Part shown: positions 1-7,894 of the stretch, piece by piece
Numbering within the stretch: position 1 is the stretch's first letter
Layout of the letters: the number at the start of each line of letters is the position of its first letter
Assembly (NCBI RefSeq): GCF_900167395.1
Contig: NZ_FUWK01000005.1
Span: forward strand, 30,001 to 62,000
Origin: Nitrosomonas europaea
GTDB lineage: Bacteria; Pseudomonadota; Gammaproteobacteria; Burkholderiales; Nitrosomonadaceae
Direction: 5' to 3'
Length of the DNA stretch: 32,000 nt
Notes under the pieces: model-generated
What the model saw: the letters and a program-made list of their open reading frames with translations, nothing else
Databases searched by the model: none
What the model was told of the DNA's origin: nothing
Program-made: the position numbers and the translations under genes

Positions 1-775
1 CCAGTTCAGCCAGTGCTTCTGCCAGCTTGCCCTGCCGATACTGTTCGATTACATGATGCACCGCAGGTGATTGCTGATTTTCATGACCTGATCGGGAGTA
101 CAAATCAATCAGCATTGGATAGTGCAACGCCCACTGCACTGCATCGAGCGGGTGCACCATGACGGTCTTTCGGGCAGGCTGATTTTCCTGAAAAACCGCA
201 GCCTCCTGATTTGCCAGAATCAGATTATCCTGATCACTACCAGCCTTAACCCGGCCTTCATAAACCGCGATCGTTACGCTGGGAGACGAGTCATCCTCGC
301 CGCCTGCATCCACCAGAAATTCGGTTCCATCGACACTGGCATTGACCACAGGTGTTCTGATTTTGAAGGGTTTAGGCGTGCGGGTGATGATGTGCATCAC
401 GCCATTCATTAAATCCAGCAGAGTATTCTGCTCGACATCAGGGCCTGAGATAGTAATTGCCGTTCGCTGATTCAGCCGAAGCATGCTTTCGTTACTGAGC
501 CGGAGCGCTGCACGACTGTTGGCGCGCACCCTCACTCTGTCACCGGCACAGAATGTGCTGTTGGAAGCAGCCATGTGCCAGCCCGAATCTCCCGGCCGGT
601 GATATTCCACCACACCCTGCAATGAAACCATCCGTGCTACCGGTGCGTTGCATACCTCCTCCGCAAAGGCAATCGAAACAGCACCAGTCGTCATGAAAAA
701 GCACAATCCCGGCAGAGCTCTGTAAAGTAATTTCAGTGTTGCAGGAATCCACCCGGTACATTGCGCATTTTTCAT
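1..775 (-). CDS. FecR-domain protein, N-terminal part (C-terminus runs off the left edge of the window)
   Basis: My own minus-strand translation from ATG at 775-773 (MKNAQCTGWIPATLKLLYRALPGLCFFMTTGAVSIAFA...) stays open to position 1. It is absent from the ORF track because it is edge-truncated. Signal-like N-terminus, then FecR-type motifs (...RAALRLSNESMLRLNQRTAITI...FKIRTPVVNASVDGTEFLV...). Confidence 0.75.
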   Translation of the reverse strand, partial: MKNAQCTGWIPATLKLLYRALPGLCFFMTTGAVSIAFAEEVCNAPVARMVSLQGVVEYHRPGDSGWHMAASNSTFCAGDRVRVRANSRAALRLSNESMLRLNQRTAITISGPDVEQNTLLDLMNGVMHIITRTPKPFKIRTPVVNASVDGTEFLVDAGGEDDSSPSVTIAVYEGRVKAGSDQDNLILANQEAAVFQENQPARKTVMVHPLDAVQWALHYPMLIDLYSRSGHENQQSPAVHHVIEQYRQGKLAEALAEL

Positions 776-925
776 AAATTTATCATTTCGCCGTTGATAA
801 CAGACAATCATAACAAATTGCCGGAATATGGTTTCAATACATCAGCATAACATCGCTACAGATTAACCGGTAAGGTGCTGTATCGACGTGATTTTTGACA
901 CAGTTGCCAACAGGAAATCTGCGGG

Positions 926-948
926 CCGGATGTGCTGTCTGCATCCGG
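926..948 (-). terminator. Stem-loop just 3' of the cyclase gene (CCGGATG-N9-CATCCGG); weak or partial terminator between cyclase and FecR genes
   Basis: A 7-bp perfect inverted repeat lies 4 nt downstream of the stop at 952. No strong U-run follows, so read-through into the FecR gene is likely. Confidence 0.35.
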
Positions 949-951
949 ACA

Positions 952-3231
952 TCATTTCGATTGTATGGATATGATCAGCTCACCCGCTTCCCGGACTGGA
1001 AACAATCGGGGTTCACGGCAATAGGTAAGCATGAATCGGGTGGGGCCATCTTCGGGGAAACGTTCATGGATCATTTCGAATCGATGCAATGCATCCACCC
1101 GGTTGCCGGTTTGACAAACGTGCAGTGCTTGCTCATACGCGGCACACAGCTGTCTCTGCGCTGCATTGCTGCCACTCTGACGAGCGACCAGTTCAAACAG
1201 GTTGACCGGTTGTGACTTTCCCGGCAGCAGAAACCGCCCGAGCGGACGCAGCAGCAGATCATTCAACCCATTTACTACTTCTTCCGATACCAGCAACCGG
1301 GTACCCAGATGCTTATTGACTCCCTGGATACGGTTGGCTGTATTGACGATATCGCCCACCGCACGGTACTCATAATGCTGTCGTGCACCAATGTTGCCTA
1401 GTACCATTTCACCAAAATGTAACCCTAGCCGGGTTGGAAGGGGCGGACGGCCGTATCCGCCCTGGTGATTGAAGCGCTCTATCGCGCTGATGATATCCAG
1501 GCAAGCCAGGCACGCCCGTTCGCGCACAAGCGGATCAGCAGAACCAGCCGCCCAGATGGCCAGCATGGCATCGCCGATCACATCGGACACTTTGCCCTGA
1601 TAACGCTCAACCGGTTCAAACAGGCACTCATAATATGCATGCATGAGTGCGGCAAGCTGGCGAGGATCCATAGCTTCAGCAAGCGCAGTATATTTTTCCG
1701 CATCTGTCGCCAGGCAGGCTCCATAGACCAGTTGCCCTTCCGTATGGATCGGGCCTGCACCACGAACCATATCCCGCACCACTGGCTCTGGCCGATGTCC
1801 ACCAAACAGCGCCTCGATCCGCCTGCGTTCCCGGTCAGCTTCAAAATACAGCAGGGTGACGATCCCGATCACACCCACCGGTAACTGCACCATCAGCGGA
1901 ATAGCCAGAGGAATCCACAATTGCCATTGTCCGAACAGCCATACACTCGCACTGCCATAAGCACAAAACGACAGGATTCCTGCCAGTGCCATTCCCAGCG
2001 TATGCACCATGGTATTCCTTGCGGGAATGACAAAGCAGAGCAGACAAACACCCGTTCCCAGCAGCAACAGAATGAGGGCACCATTTACCGGTGCTGCCGG
2101 ATGGATCGATTCGCCCTCCAGCAAATTGGCAAAGGCAGTCGCGGCAATTTCCACCCCGCTGAGCGTCAACCCGTCCGGCAAAGAGAAAACGGTCTGGTAA
2201 TCATCTCTGACTTTGTCCTGCCCCGAAACGGTTTCTGCTGAAAAGCCGACAAAGATCGTTTTTCCTGCCAGATCCAGCTCACCGGCCGTTTCCGGTTGAC
2301 CACCGCCTTCATCCAGCAGCAGATGATAAGGAATAGTCCTGATCGTGCGCGGTGGGCCGTAGAAATTCAAGTAACGCACTTCACTGCCGCCATAAAGATC
2401 AATCAGTGCTCGGAGAATACGCTGCTGCGCGGTATCGAGGTTTTCCCCTTCAGCCGATTTCTGCAACAGCTTTTCTGCCAGCACTGGTTTTTGCATGAAT
2501 AGATTGCGCAAATCGAGAACCAGATTCTCGACATCGGCTTCATTCACACTTGCAGGAAGCTGTCGGATCAAAGCAGGATCGATACCGGCAAGCAAAGTGA
2601 GAAAATGCTCGTATACTTCAGCAGATGACAGCTGCAGCAAAAGTGATGGCAACGTAGGCATATCACTGCCACCGGGTCTGAACGTCCAGTAATAACTCAC
2701 CCAGGAGGATTTTTGCAGCGGAAAAGGCGCATGGGCACGTGCGGCATCCGCAATGATCGGCAGAATCTTTCCGGTATATTCCCGCAGAATATGAGTGTAT
2801 GACCCATCCGCAGCCATTCCCGGGAACCGGGTTTCCTCGAAATCCAGCCTTTCCACCAGCACCACATTACCCGCATGCTTAAGCGCCGCAGCAAACTGCT
2901 TATCATGGCGAGCATCGCTGCCGGGCCTGTCGAATACCAGATCGAACACCACTACTCTTGCCCCCGCCTCCACCAATCTGTCGATCAGACGGGCATGCAG
3001 TGCGCGCGACCAGAGGGAAGGTTTGAGCGGCAGCTCCAGATGAGTGGCAGAAGCCTGGTCAACAGCAATGACAACGACATCAGCGGGAGCGGTTCTTTCC
3101 CCGCGCAGATGAAATAGCCAGTAAAGGCCGAATTGTTCCTCGATGGCTGTACCCTGCGGTGACAGATATACAGCAGCCCCCAGCAGGCCAATAAACACGG
3201 CGAGAGCAAACCGCCAGCGCCACAATTTCAT
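952..3231 (-). CDS. CHASE2 sensor-domain adenylate/guanylate cyclase (class III)
   Basis: 759-aa ORF. N-terminal signal/TM, long periplasmic CHASE2-like region (VVIAVDQAS..., VVVFDLVFDRP), a TM cluster, then a class III cyclase catalytic domain (ATDAEKYTALAE...SDVIGDAMLAIW...RLGLHFGEMVLGNIG...EYRAVGDIVNTANRIQ). ATG confirmed at 3231-3229. Confidence 0.9.
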   Translation of the reverse strand: MKLWRWRFALAVFIGLLGAAVYLSPQGTAIEEQFGLYWLFHLRGERTAPADVVVIAVDQASATHLELPLKPSLWSRALHARLIDRLVEAGARVVVFDLVFDRPGSDARHDKQFAAALKHAGNVVLVERLDFEETRFPGMAADGSYTHILREYTGKILPIIADAARAHAPFPLQKSSWVSYYWTFRPGGSDMPTLPSLLLQLSSAEVYEHFLTLLAGIDPALIRQLPASVNEADVENLVLDLRNLFMQKPVLAEKLLQKSAEGENLDTAQQRILRALIDLYGGSEVRYLNFYGPPRTIRTIPYHLLLDEGGGQPETAGELDLAGKTIFVGFSAETVSGQDKVRDDYQTVFSLPDGLTLSGVEIAATAFANLLEGESIHPAAPVNGALILLLLGTGVCLLCFVIPARNTMVHTLGMALAGILSFCAYGSASVWLFGQWQLWIPLAIPLMVQLPVGVIGIVTLLYFEADRERRRIEALFGGHRPEPVVRDMVRGAGPIHTEGQLVYGACLATDAEKYTALAEAMDPRQLAALMHAYYECLFEPVERYQGKVSDVIGDAMLAIWAAGSADPLVRERACLACLDIISAIERFNHQGGYGRPPLPTRLGLHFGEMVLGNIGARQHYEYRAVGDIVNTANRIQGVNKHLGTRLLVSEEVVNGLNDLLLRPLGRFLLPGKSQPVNLFELVARQSGSNAAQRQLCAAYEQALHVCQTGNRVDALHRFEMIHERFPEDGPTRFMLTYCREPRLFPVREAGELIISIQSK

Positions 3232-3510
3232 TTAACCCGGATTATCCATTGACTCGCGAGGCAGGAATATAGCAGGTATCCAACAGGTAACCGGACTGGT
3301 GATGGTGGCAGTGGAATGTGTAACCGTGATACAAAACAGCCCTCTTTGCAAGGTGAAACGCCAAAGCAATCAGCCAACGTTGAAAAACTGTTTTCTACTA
3401 CTCAGAAATCTACCGTGATCTCCTGCCAAACAGCCGATAGGAATACTGAGACCTCTTCTCCGCAATACAGTATTGCGTGGTTGAAGAGTGATTCTTCAAA
3501 AACTGCAGTC

Positions 3511-3545
3511 CAAAAAGAAAAGGCCTGTTCAACAGGCCTTTTCAA
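3511..3545 (-). terminator. Rho-independent terminator of the 3560-3841 gene
   Basis: AGGCCTGT-TCA-ACAGGCCT stem (3521-3539). On the minus strand it is followed by TTTTCTTTTT. It lies 20 nt past the stop codon. Confidence 0.7.
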
Positions 3546-3559
3546 TGGAAAAACCAGGA

Positions 3560-3841
3560 TTAATAACCGCCCTGCCAGGCGTCACCCGATTGTTCTCTGG
3601 CCTTCTGAACAAGCGCAACGATATCGCCACATTTTACTCTGACGATTTTCCCGTTCTCGACTTCAGTATGGCTTTTTACGACATCGGTCGGTTTTTTATC
3701 TTTGCAGGCCAGATAATCCAGCATATCTTTGGCACTGATCGGCGCCAAAGAAGACTCCAGATTTCCACTGGCAAACGTTGCTGTGGAACCCAGTACAAAA
3801 GCAGAAACAAAAGCTGCGACGATCACCTTGTTCATTTGCAC
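3560..3841 (-). CDS. Small secreted hypothetical protein (93 aa)
   Basis: N-terminal signal peptide (MQMNKVIVAAFVSAFVLGSTATFASG), two Cys, own terminator. I recognise no family. Confidence 0.6.
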   Translation of the reverse strand: MQMNKVIVAAFVSAFVLGSTATFASGNLESSLAPISAKDMLDYLACKDKKPTDVVKSHTEVENGKIVRVKCGDIVALVQKAREQSGDAWQGGY

Positions 3842-4147
3842 TCCTCTTCAAATTTCCCAAAACAAATCCACTACCTGACAATCTTTCAGGCTCCCTCTAA
3901 CCTGTCCCCTGATCGGCTTCCCGGCCTCTCATCTCAAAAACCGGCTCTGATCACAGATACAGATTACCGGCCGGCACCTTAACCCTCCCGCCGACCTTGG
4001 TTAATACAAACCGGCTACATTCTATCAAGTAATTCATTACCTTTGCATCTAAAAACAAGCGATTTTCCGTTTTTACCCCTGCCTTCCGTTTCAAATATTT
4101 TTCCATATCCGGTATGCTGCCTCGTCACAGAAAATTTATGGAACATC

Positions 4148-4618
4148 ATGGATCACAACCTGCACCGCCCACGCACCTTGATTCTTCCGCCTGCCCCCTA
4201 TGCTGCGGCTCTGTTTGCCGGCTGGTGGATCGACCGCAACCTCCAGTCACTCTCCTGGGATTGGGGTACAGTGACACAGTCACTCGGCTGGCTGGGAGTA
4301 ATCACAGGACTGGCACTGCTGGCATGGACAGCCATTACGCTTTGGCGCCACCGAACCACCGTCAACCCCTACAAAGCGGCCTCCAGTCTGTGCACTACCG
4401 GACCGTTCCGCTACAGCCGCAATCCGATCTATCTCGGTGACTGGCTGATTTTCATCGGGATCTCGATGCTGCTGTCGACCTGGTGGCCACTATTCTTCGC
4501 ACCGCTGATCTGGGCAATGCTGCGCTATGGCGTCATCCGTCATGAAGAAGCCCACCTCGAAGCCAGATTCGGGGAATCCTATCGGGACTACCAAACCAGA
4601 GTAAGACGCTGGCTCTGA
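4148..4618 (+). CDS. Isoprenylcysteine carboxyl methyltransferase (ICMT)/phospholipid methyltransferase family membrane protein
   Basis: C-terminal motif TTGPFRYSRNPIYLGDWLIFIGI...RHEEAHLEARFGESYRDYQTRVRRWL is typical of the ICMT/PEMT family, with multiple TM segments. The track ORF starts at a TTG at 4043; the first ATG (4148, MDHNLHRPRT) gives a typical ~156-aa size. Confidence 0.8.
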   Translation: MDHNLHRPRTLILPPAPYAAALFAGWWIDRNLQSLSWDWGTVTQSLGWLGVITGLALLAWTAITLWRHRTTVNPYKAASSLCTTGPFRYSRNPIYLGDWLIFIGISMLLSTWWPLFFAPLIWAMLRYGVIRHEEAHLEARFGESYRDYQTRVRRWL

Positions 4619-4769
4619 AACCATACACCCGCTGTATCAAAGCCTTGCCGTGACAAACCCGCACAACTCTTCATCATTCCTGCCATTCACTCGGCACGCA
4701 ACTATGCTCTCGTTCCATCTTCGCAAAGCTGCAGGCCGGTAGCCCATTGTTTTTTTGTTGAAATCTTGA

Positions 4770-5867
4770 TCAATCTCCGAACACAGCTTCAATCGTCTGA
4801 GCAGTCAGGATTCGTTTTCCCCAAACCAGCAATGTTTGCGTATCCGCCGATCCAATCCGCGCGCGTACAGCATCGCTCACCGGGCCAAAACGCTGTTCCA
4901 GTAAATACAACAGAAATTCGGATTCTCCTTCCAATCGTCCTTCCTGCCGTCCTTCCAATCGCCCTTCCTGTCGTCCTTCCTGCCGTCCTTCCAATCGTCC
5001 TTCCTGGATTCCTATTTGCTTGCCTTCCTCGATGCCTATCTGTTTGCCTTCTTCGATTCCCTGCTGTCTCCAGTCTTTAGTCCATTCCTTGACACGTTCT
5101 GAGAGCATGCTTTGTACCTCCTGTAAATCATGAATTTCACTGAAGCTGGTCCCCGGCATTCTGCCCGGCAGGAACACCCGTTTCAACCAGACGGTAAATG
5201 ATCGCCGCAGTCCGCTTTGTTCGGGAGATTGCAGCCAGGCGATCAGGGCTTGCAGTACCTGCTCGACATCCTGCGGGGTGCGGCTGTTTTCCAGCCGAAA
5301 CAATGCCGCCGTCAGGTTACGCAAGGTGGCCAGTTCGTGATCACTGTAGCTGCCTTCATCCAGCAGCAGGTAGTTGAGTTGCGGCCGGTAGCGATCCAGC
5401 CCGCCGGGTGCCGGGAAGATCAGTCCTTCCATGTTCACCGGTGCCTGCCAGCGGGTATCCCCATTGTACAGAACCACCGGTAGCACCGGCGGCAGCCGTT
5501 CACCCGTTCTGATGGATTCGCTGCGGATGAGATCCTGATACAGCAAACCGACATAAGTCATGATCCGTACCGCCATGAACCAGTCCACAGTAGACTGGAA
5601 TTCGAGCAGCAGATAGACATACAGCCATTCACCCGTTTCGCCTTTCCCCCGGCGCAGGCGCCAGATGATGTCATCCTGCCGTTCTCTCAGGTCATCGCTG
5701 ATGTAGCTGCCGTTGATTTTCTCCAGCGTGGAAAAATCCAGCTCGTACACCCACTCTTCCCTGACGAAACCACGCAGCAAGTCAGCCACCATTTCAGCGT
5801 GGGAAAACAGCAGTTTGTAGCCATGATCATGCTCCATTGGACAAGTGTAACACCATGGCGTTTTCAT
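4770..5867 (-). CDS. Rpn family recombination-promoting nuclease / putative transposase (YhgA-like PD-(D/E)XK, C-terminal DUF4351-like domain)
   Basis: N-terminus HDHGYKLLFSHAEMVADLLRGFV, catalytic-core-like ...DDIIWRLR...YLLLEFQS..., repeat linker, C-terminal ...FLLYLLEQRFG... tail. The start could instead be the ATG at 5837 (MEHDHGYKLLF). Confidence 0.85.
   Translation of the reverse strand: MKTPWCYTCPMEHDHGYKLLFSHAEMVADLLRGFVREEWVYELDFSTLEKINGSYISDDLRERQDDIIWRLRRGKGETGEWLYVYLLLEFQSTVDWFMAVRIMTYVGLLYQDLIRSESIRTGERLPPVLPVVLYNGDTRWQAPVNMEGLIFPAPGGLDRYRPQLNYLLLDEGSYSDHELATLRNLTAALFRLENSRTPQDVEQVLQALIAWLQSPEQSGLRRSFTVWLKRVFLPGRMPGTSFSEIHDLQEVQSMLSERVKEWTKDWRQQGIEEGKQIGIEEGKQIGIQEGRLEGRQEGRQEGRLEGRQEGRLEGESEFLLYLLEQRFGPVSDAVRARIGSADTQTLLVWGKRILTAQTIEAVFGD
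4927..5058 (-). repeat. In-frame coding tandem repeat, 12-bp period (11 units) inside the Rpn gene
   Basis: Plus strand reads CCTTCCAATCGT CCTTCCTGCCGT CCTTCCAATCGC CCTTCCTGTCGT CCTTCCTGCCGT CCTTCCAATCGT CCTTCCTGGATT, then two 24-bp units. It encodes IEEGKQIG x2 followed by (Q/L)EGR x7. Confidence 0.9.
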
Positions 5868-5996
5868 GAGTCAAACCACACTCACCCTGGCTTGCTTCGG
5901 CGTACACTGTTCGAGTCATGAGTGAGGCGGTATGGTTGCAGCTGCTTGCTTCGCCAAGGCGCTCTGGTAATACAATCACGAAAAGGGAGATCAATC

Positions 5997-6488
5997 ATGT
6001 GGCAGACAATTTGTCGAGGTGCAATCGCGGGTGGGGTATTGTTGCTTACGGTTCAGCCGGTATCGGCGGCTGAACCGGACCCGGCGCAAGTGGAAAAAAC
6101 GGTGCAGGCTTATATCGGCAAAGCCAATCAGGAGGCTGCTCAAAACCGTGAATCGGTGGAAGAAAGCCAGGTCGTCACTGCTGATTTGAATGGCGATGGC
6201 CGCGCGGAAATCATTTTGTGGTCAACCCGCTATGGCGGCACCTATTCTTTCAATGACGTAACGATATTTACCGATAGCGGCCGGGGTTATCAGGTAGCTG
6301 CCGGAACAGAGGATGTGCTGGGCATGGTGGAATCGATCGAAGTCAAAAACGGCCTGATTCATATCCACGCCCTGTGGCCCGGCCCGAACGACCCACGCTG
6401 CTGCCCGACAGTCAAGAAAACCGCCGTTTATCAATGGCAGGGCAAAGCACTGGCCGATGTAACCAGCCGGGTTTCCGGCAAAAAGTAA
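5997..6488 (+). CDS. Secreted hypothetical protein (163 aa)
   Basis: ATG at 5997 is preceded by AAAAGGGAGA (5981-5990). Signal peptide MWQTICRGAIAGGVLLLTVQPVSAAEP; FG-GAP-like DLNGDGRAEIILW motif. The longer track ORF (5922) starts at a non-ATG codon without an RBS. Confidence 0.65.
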   Translation: MWQTICRGAIAGGVLLLTVQPVSAAEPDPAQVEKTVQAYIGKANQEAAQNRESVEESQVVTADLNGDGRAEIILWSTRYGGTYSFNDVTIFTDSGRGYQVAAGTEDVLGMVESIEVKNGLIHIHALWPGPNDPRCCPTVKKTAVYQWQGKALADVTSRVSGKK

Positions 6489-6504
6489 GCTTTGGCGATA
6501 ACAC

Positions 6505-6545
6505 CGACATGCCGGCGCCGGAATCGGCATGTCGCGCCTGCTTTT
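6505..6545 (+). terminator. Stem-loop terminator after the 5997-6488 gene
   Basis: CGACATGCCG-N10-CGGCATGTCG (10-bp perfect stem) followed by ...CTGCTTTT on the plus strand. Confidence 0.55.
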
Positions 6546-6551
6546 GAAATA

Positions 6552-6854
6552 TCAGATTTGTTCGCGATTTATATGGCGAACCACCACTTTTGCACAGCCG
6601 CGCTGCTCAGCCTGCCATAAATCATACGCAAGCTGACCTTTCAGCCAGCTTTCCGCGCTCGGCCCATCAAGCCATGCTTCCAGACGCAGAGCGAGATCGA
6701 CGCTGATACCGGCCTTGCCGTTCAACACGCGCGAGAGGGTAACACGGTTGATTCCCAGCTCTTTTGCCGCTTGGGTTACGGTTAACCCAAGCGCAGGTAG
6801 TACATCCTCGCGCAGGGTTTCACCGGGATAAGGGGGGTTGTGCATTCTGGCCAT
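6552..6854 (-). CDS. higA: HigA-family antitoxin (XRE-type HTH)
   Basis: MHNPPYPGETLREDVL...LTVTQAAKELGINRVTLSRVLNGKAGISVDLALRLE is the classic HigA/VapI pattern. It lies 12 nt downstream of the toxin gene, with AGGAG before the ATG. Confidence 0.9.
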   Translation of the reverse strand: MARMHNPPYPGETLREDVLPALGLTVTQAAKELGINRVTLSRVLNGKAGISVDLALRLEAWLDGPSAESWLKGQLAYDLWQAEQRGCAKVVVRHINREQI

Positions 6855-6866
6855 ATTGACTCCTGT

Positions 6867-7145
6867 TCAGTGGTCATCCCGGTAATCAACCAAGATGACA
6901 TCTTCTCCATCAAATACAAAAATCATCCGCCAGTTACCATTGACCATTACCGACCAATATCCTGACAGATCGCCAGAAAGTGGGTGCAACTTCCAGCCGG
7001 GTATATTCATTTCACGCGGATTGACTGCATCATTCAGCTGCCGCAGCTGACGTGCAAGACGTGAGGCATGATCCGGCCGGATACCTGATTTATCTCCTGT
7101 TTCAAAGAATAATTGCAACCCTTTATGCTTGAAATGGCGGATCAT
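6867..7145 (-). CDS. higB: HigB-type toxin (RelE/ParE superfamily, plasmid maintenance system killer)
   Basis: 92 aa: MIRHFKHKGLQLFFETGDKSGIRPDHASRL...LHPLSGDLSGYWSVMVNGNWRMIFVFDG. The toxin-first gene order is typical of higBA. Confidence 0.9.
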   Translation of the reverse strand: MIRHFKHKGLQLFFETGDKSGIRPDHASRLARQLRQLNDAVNPREMNIPGWKLHPLSGDLSGYWSVMVNGNWRMIFVFDGEDVILVDYRDDH

Positions 7146-7152
7146 TTAGAGA

Positions 7153-7173
7153 TTGTAGCGTTATACGCTACAA
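7153..7173. promoter_or_regulatory. Putative HigBA operator: perfect palindrome TTGTAGCGT-TAT-ACGCTACAA between a TATAAT box and the higB start
   Basis: 9-bp perfect inverted repeat, 8 nt upstream of the higB ATG (7145). Minus-strand TATAAT at 7185-7180. Confidence 0.6.
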
Positions 7174-7191
7174 GAAGCAATTATAAAAAAA

Positions 7192-7227
7192 TACTGGATT
7201 GCTTCACTCTTGCAAATCCGCAATGAC
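7192..7227 (+). repeat. Intercassette repeat, copy 1 (TACTGGATTGCTTCACTCTTGCAAATCCGCAATGAC)
   Basis: 31/36 identical to 8109-8144. Lies between the mazF-like stop and the higB promoter. Confidence 0.8.
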
Positions 7228-7272
7228 GGGTAATGAGCTGTTCTTCAAACAATCAGAAAAACGGTAGATCAA

Positions 7273-7599
7273 TCATTTCGCTATTCCAAGGAACACAGCC
7301 AGGCAACGCTCAATCTCTACCATAGTATCCGGGTCGATACATCCGAGAACCGGCCCTACTTTGTCGCGTTTCACCGTTATGATCTTGTCCACCATTACCT
7401 GCGAAGGTTTTTGCAAACCGTTCTCGGCACCAGGCTGTACAGTGATACGTAGCAATGGCGCAGCAACCAGCATGCTGGTGACAGGTAATACCGTTACGCT
7501 GGTATGTTCACTGAACAGGTTAGCCTGAATCACCAGAGCGAATCCGGGTTTACCAAAATCGCCCGGTACAGCGATGGTCACGAGATCGCCGCGTATCAT
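7273..7599 (-). CDS. PemK/MazF-family type II toxin (endoribonuclease fold)
   Basis: 108 aa: MIRGDLVTIAVPGDFGKPGFALVIQANLF...VLPVTS...VMVDKIITVKRDKV, the PemK/MazF pattern. Its start overlaps the antitoxin stop by 4 nt (ATGA). Confidence 0.85.
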   Translation of the reverse strand: MIRGDLVTIAVPGDFGKPGFALVIQANLFSEHTSVTVLPVTSMLVAAPLLRITVQPGAENGLQKPSQVMVDKIITVKRDKVGPVLGCIDPDTMVEIERCLAVFLGIAK

Positions 7600-7820
7600 T
7601 CCGTCCAGCCATCACTATCGGCCAAAGCTTCATCCATGAACTGTTGCATGGATGTATCCGCTTTGTCCGCCTGAGCTATGAGAAGGCACTGGCGGCGGCA
7701 TTCTTCTGCAAAATCCGGACGGCGGGTGTCCGGTACCCAGATTTGTACCGGACGTAATCCGGCCATGCGTAGTGTGTCACGGTGCTTTTTAACACGAGCA
7801 TTAACATGCGTGGTTCCCAT
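7596..7820 (-). CDS. Cognate antitoxin, DUF3018-like (74 aa)
   Basis: ATG at 7820 is preceded by AGGAGGA at 6-nt spacing. MGTTHVNARVKKHRDTLRMAGLRPVQIWVPDTRRPDFAEECRRQ... matches my recollection of DUF3018 antitoxins paired with PemK toxins. The track's longer ORF (to 7964) reads through the promoter region. Confidence 0.8.
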   Translation of the reverse strand: MGTTHVNARVKKHRDTLRMAGLRPVQIWVPDTRRPDFAEECRRQCLLIAQADKADTSMQQFMDEALADSDGWTE

Positions 7821-7838
7821 GTGGAGTCCTCCTGATGC

Positions 7839-7894
7839 GTTACATGCAACATTATGCCTAAATACACATGTTACATGCAACAAAGCTGTTGCAT
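7839..7894 (-). promoter_or_regulatory. Promoter/operator of the antitoxin-toxin pair: GTTGCATGTAAC x2 plus palindrome ATGCAAC-N6-GTTGCAT
   Basis: The 12-bp direct repeat sits at 7839-7850 and 7870-7881, 31 bp apart. On the minus strand, TTGCAT (-35, 7880-7875), an 18-nt spacer and CATAAT (-10, 7856-7851). One repeat overlaps -35 and the other lies just downstream of -10. Confidence 0.6.

Noticed and set aside
4352-4365. CGAACCACCG(T)CA matches the T-arm region of tRNA-Phe (CGAACCACCGACA), a possible distal att repeat delimiting an island from 4.36 to 12.92 kb.
   Set aside because: It lies inside an apparently intact, conserved part of the ICMT-family ORF and is only about 13 nt long. This is most likely coincidence.
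4927-5058. Regular short repeats, checked as a possible CRISPR array.
   Set aside because: The period is only 12 bp with no spacers, and the repeats lie in frame within a coding sequence. This is a coding minisatellite, not CRISPR.
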